A stretch of DNA of 64,000 bases from contig NIVC01003532.1 of assembly GCA_002269645.1 (NCBI GenBank), positions 28,636 to 92,635 of the forward strand. The letters run 5' to 3'. Source of the stretch: Macrostomum lignano (Eukaryota). The position numbers and the translations under genes are program-made. A model generated the notes under the pieces. It was not told the DNA's origin, made no database searches, and was given only the letters and a program-made list of their open reading frames with translations. How positions within the stretch are numbered: position 1 is the stretch's first letter; each line of letters begins with the position of its first letter. Positions 12,436 to 22,985 of the stretch are shown here, piece after piece.

Positions 12436-12885
12436 TAAACTACAACCCCTATAAGCTTTAGAGCTTTTAGTTTTTGACAGTTGTTCCTAATAACATTTCA
12501 TTATTTAAAGATCAAATTAAAACTGTTTTAGAGAGAAACGACTTTCAACAAGAGGCTACTGAAGCATCGAGATAACAAAATAATAAATTGATAAAAACAA
12601 CTGCTACACGACTTTTTTCTCCGAGGATTGGTTTGAATCATGAATCATCTCAACTTTCGAAGCGTGCTTCAGTGGCAATTGGACTCATCTTATTCAACTC
12701 AAACGGTCCAAATTCAAAATCAATCCCAGCGACAAGCCGTAGACATCAGCGATGTTGAGCTCACTAGCAATGCGGTCATGGAAACAGCAGATTTTAATAG
12801 AGCTCAATAAACAGACAATACAATATCAAACCCAAGTGTTAAAAATTCATTAGCTGTTGCACTAAAAGCCATAGCTGACACAGAA

Positions 12886-14598
12886 ATGGCCAAGCAGCGA
12901 ATGCTCATAGCAGCTCAGCATCGAGTTTCAACATACTTTGGTACACCTGACACGCGACAATTGGTACAAACAGGTAAGAGCAAGGTGCTGCGGTACTACA
13001 AAAACAGCACACCTGGTGGAAGAGCGTCCTCCGTGCCGCAGACTCTGGACTTCCGCAATCAGCGATGGGACACGAGTGGAATGCCCGCCTCGATTCCACA
13101 ACACCTGTGGGACATGAGACGAGAGGAGAACAGGTGGCAGTCCTTCCACCTGCCAGATGCCAGCTTCACAGCGGCTCACCTGGTGTCCGTGACGGATCTG
13201 GCTGCTGACGGATTCTTCTACCTGCAGGAGTCGGACAGAGTAAAGTGTGCATTCTGCAAGGGTGTGCTCAAGGACTGGGAGGCGGGCGAGCAGGTCCGAG
13301 AGGCTCACAGACGCCACTTCTCCACCTGTCCGTTCGTGCTGTTCGTCGAGGTCGGCAACGTGCCTCGAGACCACAGAGAGCCGGAAGGAGTCTCGAGGTC
13401 AGCAAAGCTGGTAGAGGCAGTGCAATGCTGTGATCAGACTGCAGATGATGATGCAGCAGTGATGGTGAACGGAGACTGGAGCATGAATCTGGTCGCTGAG
13501 CTACCACCGATGGAGTTCGCTGGACTGAACGAGTGGGCGCTGGCGACACGCGCAACTATTGGAACGAATGCAGAACGCGTTGTGGACGATAAGCTGGTTG
13601 CTTTCGACATGATGAAGGGTCCTCAGCTTCCAGTGTCGAGTGAGGTAGCGAGATCTGCGTGCTCCGAGAGAGCTCTCACGAACCTGTCCGCTCTGCAGCA
13701 CAGTGTCGAGAGTGATCCATCGAGTGTGACTGCCAAACACGCACAGTTCGAGACCTACCAAGCGAGGTCGCAGTCTCTGCACTCGGCTCTCGTTCAGCAG
13801 CCAGTGTACTTGCTTGCAAAGGCGGGCTTCTTCTACTCGGAAGCCGAGAGAGCGACCTGCTGCTTCAGCTGCGGACTCTGCATGAGCGAGTGGAGCTGCG
13901 ACGATGATGTGTGGGTTGAGCACGCCAGGTGGTCACCTCGGTGTCCTCACGTGTTGTTGGAGCGAGGTAGCGACTTTGTACAGGCGGTGCATCGACTGTC
14001 GCCTCCCGTGCAGCACCCGACTTGTGGCGCCTCTGCTCAGCGTCACACTGCATTGGTACAGACGGACTCAACTGCATCAGCAGGTGCTGCGACTGTCGAC
14101 GGGTCCGCAGTCCGCAGCAGTCGCGCAGACGAGGCTCTCGCAGTCACTCCTGGAGTCGAGTTTAGAGTCGAGGCCAGAGACATCAAGGCGAGAGCCGACC
14201 TGCCCGTTGTGAGACTGCTCACTCAACTCGGATTCTCCGCCCTGCAAGTGAGACTGTTCACAGAGCTGCATCTCAGACAGCGAGGCGATGACTTTGCCAC
14301 ATCGGAGCTGTTCCTCGACTTCATGCTCACCGAGAGCCGCCGCATGCGCAAGCAGTCGCAGGACCCGGAGGCGTTCTTCGAGAGCAGGATGTCTCAGATT
14401 CGGGAGTCTCTGAACCAACAGCCGAGACACCGAGACACAACCGACTGGAAGACGTGCAAGGTGTGCATGGACAAGGAGGTGAACATCATGCTGCTGGACT
14501 GTGGTCACGTGGCCTGCTGCTCAGTGTGCGCCAAGTCGCTGAAGACCTGCCCCATCTGCAGGGCCTTCATCCGTGGCTCAGTGTTTATTAAGATGTAA
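12886..14598 (+). CDS. IAP copy 3: BIR-BIR-UBA-RING; upstream in-frame extension (ATG 12640) broken by TAA 12808-12810
   Basis: Intact 570-aa ORF with both BIRs and RING. The upstream frame translates MNHLNFRSVLQWQLDS...DISDVELTSNAV...*...SLAVALKAIADTEM, homologous to the copy 4 N-terminus. Confidence 0.88.
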   Translation: MAKQRMLIAAQHRVSTYFGTPDTRQLVQTGKSKVLRYYKNSTPGGRASSVPQTLDFRNQRWDTSGMPASIPQHLWDMRREENRWQSFHLPDASFTAAHLVSVTDLAADGFFYLQESDRVKCAFCKGVLKDWEAGEQVREAHRRHFSTCPFVLFVEVGNVPRDHREPEGVSRSAKLVEAVQCCDQTADDDAAVMVNGDWSMNLVAELPPMEFAGLNEWALATRATIGTNAERVVDDKLVAFDMMKGPQLPVSSEVARSACSERALTNLSALQHSVESDPSSVTAKHAQFETYQARSQSLHSALVQQPVYLLAKAGFFYSEAERATCCFSCGLCMSEWSCDDDVWVEHARWSPRCPHVLLERGSDFVQAVHRLSPPVQHPTCGASAQRHTALVQTDSTASAGAATVDGSAVRSSRADEALAVTPGVEFRVEARDIKARADLPVVRLLTQLGFSALQVRLFTELHLRQRGDDFATSELFLDFMLTESRRMRKQSQDPEAFFESRMSQIRESLNQQPRHRDTTDWKTCKVCMDKEVNIMLLDCGHVACCSVCAKSLKTCPICRAFIRGSVFIKM

Positions 14599-16611
14599 TT
14601 TGCTTAAACATTAACTTAGTTTTCGTTTTAAACATAATATAATTTAGCAGTGTCTGTAATTTTTCTTTCGGGTATTGACCCAAAATTATTGACCCCACCT
14701 GTGCCTTCATGAATTTATAATCTATTTAGAAATTTTCTTCCTTTTTTATTCTTCATTCTTTATTTTCCTCGCTTGTTGCCTTCTAAAATAAATTTAATTC
14801 GCTGTACTTATCTTTCATCAAAAAATGAATCATAGGAAATAATATTGCTGTTCTTTGCTTTAATTCTGTTTCTACGCTGTTATTACCGCGTGCGCATGCT
14901 TCGTACCCCATATCCTTGATTTTTATCGTACTCGTACTCGTACATTTTCAATGGTTATTTGCTTGTGAACGGGAACCAAAATAAATAGATTCTCCTTAAT
15001 TGTAGCTTTTACCGCGCGTGTAATGCAAGCTAAAAGCTACTGTTGTAGAAAGAAGACCCCAATTTCATATGTATTGCTGTCTTCTACATTTTTTGTTGAG
15101 ATTAAAGATGATAGCTACGGAATAGCTATCATATAGCGAATACTCTAACTGAGAATTACAGAACCGGGTTTAATATCCTACATGTACATAAGCATGGCTT
15201 GTTATAAATCAGATTGAGCTATAAATGTATGTGAAACTGGAAGTTTCAGGCTGTACATTAATGGAAAAATCGAGAAGAATAGTACCTGAATAAAACCGGA
15301 ATAGTAAGAGATTGTCGTCAGAAGTTCTTTGTGAAAATCTTTCTGACATTGTTTTCGAGTAACCCAGAGATAAAAATCTAGACATATACGGTGAACCTGC
15401 ACGTGTCTAGATGATAATGCTTTGGAGAAGGTCGGTAGCGGATCGGAATGCTCCCTCCTGCAAGGGTTCAGAGAGAATACATGATTGAGAAAAAGAATCC
15501 ATACCTGTATAATAAAAACTTCTCAGATTAAAAATAAAAAGGGGATAACATATTATCACGAGTAAGATGAGGCGCCGCGGCCTATATATCGCATAATTGG
15601 ATGGCACCAAAATTCCATGAATTTTGTTAGCAATGTAAACAAAAGTTAAATTTGTCATGCAGATTAGGCAAGACTCCAGCTGTTGAATTTTCCAGGCTCA
15701 GTGGAGCGTTCGTGTTATCAAAGCTGGGCTATTCAAGATTATTCTGGATATACAGGTACGAGCGTAAGTAGAATGATGGATATACATTTTTATACACCAT
15801 GTATTTTATGTACATGTAGACCTAGCGAAGGGGTAGATTGAAATTAACCGATGTTGATCCTTGACTAATAAGACAATACTCTTAGATAGAAAATACTAAA
15901 ACAATACTACGAGCGTAAAATGAAGCTTTTGATCGTTTTCACTAAACTTAGTCTTTGTTGAACGGTTGAGTATATAGATTTACGACGTATTCGATATTTA
16001 TTCTCGTATTTCGCAGAAGGAACCAGTTCCCTAAACATACATGTACATGTACATGTATACCAGACCAAGTCTTACATGTAATTGGATTTCGCAAATCTCA
16101 TTCTGTAGCATCTGAAAGTGAGCCACCGCTACATTGTAAGCAGTAAATTATTTTGGAGAAAATTAAAGTCACCATAATTTCGTCGCAAGCAGCTCAGCCG
16201 ATAGCAAATGAAAATAATAATGCTTTCAAATAACTTGTTTTACTTGAGTATACGAGCGTATTTTCTTCTTCATTTAGTTCAAACTCCACGGTGGTCATCA
16301 ATTGTTAGCATAGAAGCAATGATTTAGATGTAAATTGCAAGTACATGTACATGTATATAGCCATACTGCTTATATAAAGTGGTAGGAATTAAAGCTACGT
16401 CGACAAAAAGTTACTCTTTGTATTTTGTGTTTCTCCCAGTAATAATGCGCGCCTGCTTCTGTTTTTTGTTTTTTTTTCTGCCATGGGTTCTTCCCGTACA
16501 GCAATCTGACGTCGTGGTGACGTCTGGCCGTCGATGTCAGGTTGTACTTTTACATTACGCCAACGTCGGATTGCTGTACGAGCTTGTCTGTCCCACCCTG
16601 TAGTCCCGCGT

Positions 16612-16841
16612 TGTTAGAAATGACAAGCCAAGGCGAGCAATTGCTATGAAACGAGAATCACGACAGTTCTGAGCCAATGCTCAGTGCAAAACTATTTATT
16701 ATCAACGATGTAAACAGTGCGAAGCCCCGCCCAAGTCCAACACGCGTCATCCTGCACTGGTTTCACTCGGTGGGTCCTCATTTATCACCACGGCGTACCC
16801 CCCCCATTCGTATCCGGTGGCTCATGAAAGCTTTCATAACA
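16612..16841 (-). mobile_element. Probable solo LTR
   Basis: Ends TGTTA...TAACA; AATAAA on the minus strand; 4-bp flanks GCGT and GCCT (one mismatch). Confidence 0.45.
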
Positions 16842-17012
16842 GCCTAAAGTGTACATGTGTATGCTGCCCGTCCATGGCCAGACTAGAATGTAGCCAGCTC
16901 CCTTTTCTTAAATGCCCCTACTGATACCTATAAGCCCAAGCCACCGGCACTGACCAGCTCATGCCCATAAGCTAATTTTTGTTAATTTATCAATTCTGTC
17001 TGCTAATTAGCT

Positions 17013-18407
17013 GCTCTGCAGAATATAGCTCGTACCGTATATTCTGTGGCTAAGCTCTGCAGAATATACTGTATATTCTGTGGCTAGGCTCTGCAGAATA
17101 TACTGTATATTCTGTGGCTAGGCTCTGCAGAATATACTGTATATTCTGTGGCTAAGCTCTGCAGAATATACTGTATATTCTGTGGCTAGGCTCTGCAGAA
17201 TATACTGTATATTCTGTGGCTAAGCTCTGCAGAATATACTGTATATTCTGTGGCTAAGCTCTGCAGAATATACTGTATATTCTGTGGCTAGGCTCTGCAG
17301 AATATACTGTATATTCTGTGGCTAAGCTCTGCAGAATATACTGTATATTCTGTGGCTAAGCTCTGCAGAATATACTGTATATTCTGTGGCTAGGCTCTGC
17401 AGAATATACTGTATATTCTGTGGCTAAGCTCTGCAGAATATACTGTATATTCTGTGGCTAGGCTCTGCAGAATATACTGTATATTCTGTGGCTAAGCTCT
17501 GCAGAATATACTGTACATTCTGTGGCTAAGCTCTGCAGAATATACTGTATATTCTGTGGTTAAGCTCTGCAGAATATACTGTATATTCTGTGGCTAAGCT
17601 CTGCAGAATATACTGTATATTCTGTGGCTAGGCTCTGCAGAATATACTGTATATTCTGTGGCTAAGCTCTGCAGAATATACTGTATATTCTGTGGCTAAG
17701 CTCTGCAGAATATACTGTATATTCTGTGGCTAAGCTCTGCAGAATATACTGTATATTCTGTGGCTAAGCTCTGCAGAATATACTGTATATTCTGTGGCTA
17801 AGCTCTGCAGAATATACTGTATATTCTGTGGCTAGGCTCTGCAGAATATACTGTATATTCTGTGGCTAGGCTCTGCAGAATATACTGTATATTCTGTGGC
17901 TAAGCTCTGCAGAATATACTGTATATTCTGTGGCTAAGCTCTGCAGAATATACTGTATATTCTGTGGCTAGGCTCTGCAGAATATACTGTATATTCTGTG
18001 GCTAAGCTCTGCAGAATATACTGTATATTCTGTGGCTAGGCTCTGCAGAATATACTGTATATTCTGTGGCTAGGCTCTGCAGAATATACTGTATATTCTG
18101 TGGCTAAGCTCTGCAGAATATACTGTATATTCTGTGGCTAAGCTCTGCAGAATATACTGTATATTCTGTGGCTAAGCTCTGCAGAATATACTGTATATTC
18201 TGTGGCTAAGCTCTGCAGAATATACTGTATATTCTGTGGCTAAGCTCTGCAGAATATACTGTATATTCTGTGGCTAAGCTCTGCAGAATATAGCTCGTAC
18301 CGTATATTCTGTGGCTAAGCTCTGCAGAATATAGCTCGTACCGTATATTCTGTGGCTAAGCTCTGCAGAATATAGCTCGTACCGTATATTCTGTGGCTAA
18401 GCTCTGC
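17013..18407. repeat. 34-bp minisatellite, about 40 units (GCTCTGCAGAATATACTGTATATTCTGTGGCTA[A/G])
   Basis: Direct reading; near-identical units with no spacers. Confidence 0.95.
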
Positions 18408-19186
18408 TAATAAGCTGGAAATAAGCTCTGCTAATTTCACTGCAGTACGCTGATACTTGTGGACGTCTCACTAAATTGTAAATAAAGCCAGTTTTTTGTC
18501 ACCAATCTTTGGTAAAGCGCGAGCATCGAGAACGCTCACTTGGATTAAATTGTTCCTTCGACTTTCTAGAGCCCTCATTGGTCTCTGGCTTCGTTCTTTC
18601 TTCGGTTTTGATGAATTGTTCGAATCTCCCAGCCGTGTCTCAGAGAGCTTACAGTAGAGATCGCGCTTTAAGTAAAGTCCTTCCGTGCCTTTAGCACAAA
18701 TAATCGTAAAGAAACTCCACGTGTTTTTGATTGTTCCAGAGATATTTCTAAAGTAGCTAAGAAGCGAGAGAGCACGCCGAGGGCCGACGCTTGTGTCTAT
18801 TTTATAGATGCCATGAGACGGAGACGCTATCGGCAGCCGCTGGAGGGGGTGGATTCTCTCTTGGTTAGCAACGGCCTCAGCTGGCACTGCAGGTAAACAG
18901 ACGCAAGCAATTATAGATTTTTACATTGAACTAGCAGGTTGCTGCAGGCGAGATAAATTATTTGATATTATAGTTACTTATAGCGAGGTTGAGTCGTCAG
19001 AGCGATTAGGGGAGCTCAATCAGGAGACGTCTCTTTTTCTTTTGCGCATATCAGACCCCCACTGATCCATGCAGCCTTCGGTTTTCAGCGCGATCAGGTG
19101 AGCCGTATGCTTCTCGTTCTTCAGTCGGCCAAATTCCACACTGGCGTCAGCACTGATCTCGCCTGTCAACCGTTAATTGCTTGTCT

Positions 19187-19702
19187 GTTGTTGTTGTTGT
19201 TGTTATTTCCGGCCGGTCAGTCCGGGGGGGGGGGGGGGCGGGTCTGAGCCCCGACCTCCTTCAAGAAGTCTATCACCTGCCTGCTGATGTTGCTGAGCGT
19301 CTGGAGGCTCGGGTTTTCGCCGAGGTGCCGGTCTCTGGCCTGTTGGTGAGAGCGGCAAACCTTGATCAGGTGCTCCAGGTCCTCATTGGCTTCGCCGCAG
19401 TGCGGGTACGTAGGGCTGTCGGCTTGGCCAATGCGGTGACGCTACTGCTGGAGCAAGGGGGAGTGACCAGTTCGGAGTTGGGCGTCATGTCTGGGGAGAG
19501 ATCTCTTGATTTTGGCGCCGTCCCCGGTGGTTAGGCGGTGAGTGATGCAGTGCGGGTCCGCTCGGTAGACGGCGGTGAATTGGGACTTGGCTGATCGGTC
19601 GATCGCCGCTTTGGCCGCGGCCAGGCTGATTTTTGCGTGAGTCTGGTCAAGAGCCGATCCAGCTTTGGCGGTGGCGTCCGCCAGGTCGTTGAGGCCGACT
19701 GA
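19187..19702 (-). mobile_element. 5'-truncated RNase H-containing (I-clade-like) LINE 3' end
   Basis: Minus strand reads GLNDLADATAKAG...QLRTGHSPLLQQ*RHRIGQADSPTYPHCGEANEDLEHLIKVC (end of RNase H plus C-terminal zinc knuckle). (AAC)n tail; 14-bp TSD TTAATTGCTTGTCT at 19173-19186 and 19737-19750. Confidence 0.8.
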
Positions 19703-19741
19703 GCCCGGTTAGCTCAGTCGGTAGAGCATGAGACTCTTAAT
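19703..19741 (+). pseudogene. tRNA-Lys(CTT) 5' half
   Basis: GCCCGGTTAGCTCAGTCGGTAGAGCATGAGACTCTTAAT matches nt 1-39 of eukaryotic tRNA-Lys(CTT). Ends just after the anticodon loop; no T-arm. Confidence 0.85.
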
Positions 19742-21897
19742 TGCTTGTCTCGCCCGCCATGTCGGAGGTATCTCGTCATCTTGATTTGCCTGACAATGCA
19801 ACGGCGCGACTGCTGGCTCTGCTGCCTGACTGCAGAAAAGCTCTGCCTTGGCTGACATTGATGTCAACTCGCTTGGCCTGCAGTGCAGGTATCTGGAATG
19901 AAGGGTGATTTTTTAATTCTTATGTACGAGTATCACACAATCGTGTCCCCCTACGGACTCTAGCCATAGTCGTTCCATTTACGAGCCTTATCTTTTCACT
20001 CCCTTTACACGTAAATTGTTCCTGCATCTAGCCTAGGTTATCCAGCTTTGGTGTGTGGTTATTTTACAGGTACTTTGTTTAATTTATGTGGCGTTTCTTG
20101 TGGATTTCTCAGCCCTTTCAGACTTTTGTGACCCTCGAATTATAGCATTCCAATCTCAGAGGTCAATTGTCAAAGAATAGTCCTGCGGACTATACTCATA
20201 TTCGCGTCAACTCAGTCACGGAAGTATCGCAGCGGTGAGATGGTATGGTATAGCGACAGTATTAAGCATTTAACCCTCTAGCAAGCTTTACTAATTAAGT
20301 GGTTTTTAGAATGATTGGATATTGAAGGCAAAAGAAGGCAATATGCGTATATAGCGATGAATTACTATAGAAACGATGAAAAAGGAAAATACACAATTGT
20401 TGAGCGAGATGCTCTTTAGCTACGAGTATATGGTCAATAAAAAGTTATAATTTCTGCGTGCAGGCGTACAACACAGAGACCAATAAATAATTAACAAGTG
20501 CAGGGCGGTCGACAAGTTGCAATCAATGGCCACTATAGAAGTCCTTTGTAGTCTATAGAAGTTCTAGTGGTCCTTGGTTGCAATTTACGTTACATGTACA
20601 AATATGTTAAGCTAACTGATCGGTACTGTCTTGTTATCGCAAGACCTTTAGACAAAGACGGTAACGGAGAAGTAACAAAGACAGCTTAAATGAACACGCT
20701 TAGTTCGCCCAGAGGCTGCATGAGTATCTATACAAATTTCGTTAAATTTTTCACCTTGGCTAACCTAAATCCTGTCTGCCCAGCATTCTAAAGACGGTAT
20801 CAACTCACACAACTCAGCCAGGAACACAGCTACCCTCCCCCTGAGCTTGACGAACTCAGCAGCGGAGCAGCCGAAGCTCCTCGTTGCACCCCAGTTTGTT
20901 CAAATCTCCCTAGACTCTCGGAAATTCCGGCACCGATTTAAACTCACATCAACATGGAACTCATTTGACATCATGGCAATATATACAACTAGTATAGTAC
21001 GCCTGGTAGCATTTGATGTTGAGGTAGGTAGGCAAAGACAGGTACGTCGTGCTTGATCACCACTAGCTAGCTAACAGCACTCGACTCACCCTTCGGCACC
21101 CAGCCAGAGCCAAGACCAAAATAAGCCCCCGTCTTAAAAAAGTAATTCATCTAACTTTGGTAATTGGTAATCTAAATGTTGGCCTACTACGGGTGCGGGG
21201 TGCCTACCTGTCTTTGCGGGGGGGGGGGGACTTTGCCTACCTACCTCAACTCAACCTCAATCGCATCGCTCAATGCTACCAGTGGAACCAGCTGTACTGT
21301 ACTAGTTGTATTCATAGCATAGCTAAATTATTTATTACTACGTTAGGCCTAATTCAAACTTTAGTTATTTTTAACATCTTTCGATCCAATGCTTGTGTTC
21401 AGTATTTGTAGTGTTGTGTGTGGAATGAAATGTCATTATCGCCTTATCGGGTTTTTTTATCCAATTTCAATTATGTTTAGGCCTAGCCATAATTTTTAGG
21501 GCCTAGGGCCTAGTCTAAGTTTTAAATTAAAAATAAAATAGACCATACATAAATTAATGAATTAAGTTATTGTAGCCCAGCTCACAGCGAAATAAGTCCT
21601 AGTCCATGACATTTAATAGGCTAGCTTTTCCAAAAAGCTGCTTAGGATATATTCTAAAAATAGGCTATAGTTTTTGTCTGTCTTTCAATCTAAAAATAGA
21701 TAGAGTTTAGCATAGGTTAAAAATAGGTCTATGAACTATGGTGTAGCCTAAACCTAATTGAATGATTATTATATTGTCATTGTACTTTTACTTGTATTGG
21801 AAGGGTCTTACTTAAGCAGGCTAGGCCTGTAACAATGACAGGCTATGTTAAGGCCTAGGTAAAGCCTATAGGCCCTAGGCCTAGAGCAAGATAGGAG

Positions 21898-22330
21898 CAG
21901 GGGGTCAGCAAACTTAGGCCCATAGGCTAGGGCCTACATGTAGCCTGCAAATTCTTTCTAGGGCCCATTCAGCCCTTGGGTCTTTAAAACTTTACAATAG
22001 CAATCTGGTAGATTTTGGTCTAGTTAAGGTTTGTATCTTATTTAGTTATTATTTTCTCTTGTCTTTTTTATCTTTTCTCTTGTCTTTTTTCTTTCCTTTC
22101 CTCTCTTCTTTTCTTTCCTTTTATTTCAATTTCTTTCTCCTTTTTCCTTTCCTTTCTCCTTACCTTTCCTTCTTCTCTTCTTTTTCTTTCTTTTTTCCTT
22201 TTCTTTCTTTACTTCTTTTTTATTCCATTTCTATTTTTCTTCTTTATTCCCTTTTTTCTTCCCCTCTAGCTTGTAGTCATGTGCTAGGTTCTTTATTTGA
22301 CCCTTTAGGTAAAAAGTTTGCCAACCCCTA
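21898..22330. mobile_element. Degenerate hAT-type MITE
   Basis: Ends CAGGGGGTCAGCAAACTT and AAGTTTGCCAACCCCTA resemble the common hAT terminus CAGGGGTCGGCAAACT with the CpGs decayed. Internal polypyrimidine tract; no TSD found. Confidence 0.55.
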
Positions 22331-22744
22331 CCTTAGTGGCTTAGAAGCTATAATTTACTATTTGAAATTTCCAAAAATTAGAAATTAGGCCTAGGATTAG
22401 CCTTAGCTACTAGGGATAAAGATTTTGCTAACTCTAAAGTCTAATTCTAGCTAGATATCAAAAGAATCAAAAATTTAAATTTTAGGACTGAACCCAGTAT
22501 AATTAGTACAAGGATAAATTTAAAGGAGGCTACGTTTTAACACTTGCCATGGACTTTTCATTTGGTTCATTATTAGGCATTTTATCCAATCTAAGCTTAA
22601 AAAGCAAATTTTTACTTGAGACAAAGTGCAAAATTGCACCTTGTGCCCAATTTTAAAGTGCAATTTTAAGACTCAAAGTCAATGACATAGCCAGGAATTT
22701 CAATTGGGGGGTTGGCTTGGCTGGCCATGCCTTATGCCATTGCC

Positions 22745-22985
22745 ACTTTTGGTGCTGCAGGCTCTCATTTTGGTGCCACAAGCACTCATTTTGGTGCTGC
22801 AAGCACTCATTTTGGCACTGCAGGCACTCATTTTAGCACCACAAGCACTCATTATAGCACCACAGGCACTCATTTTGGTGCCGCAGACACTCATTTTGGC
22901 GCTGTAGGCACTCATTTTGGTGCTATAGGCACTCATTTTGGCACTGTAAGCACTCATTTTGGTGCCACAAGCATTCATTTTGGCA
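22745..22985. repeat. 21-bp tandem repeat (about 11 units), inferred ancestor ATTTTGGCGCCGCAGGCGCTC
   Basis: Units differ mostly at CG/TG/CA/TA positions. Confidence 0.85.

Noticed and set aside
17013-18407. CRISPR-like array of palindromic repeats
   Set aside because: No unique spacers and no cas genes; eukaryotic context; plain tandem satellite.
19703-19741. Functional tRNA-Lys gene
   Set aside because: Only the 5' half is present; no B-box, T-arm or 3' acceptor strand.
22059-22388. Hydrophobic F/S/L-rich ORF (also 38222-38924)
   Set aside because: Translations of polypyrimidine low-complexity tracts.
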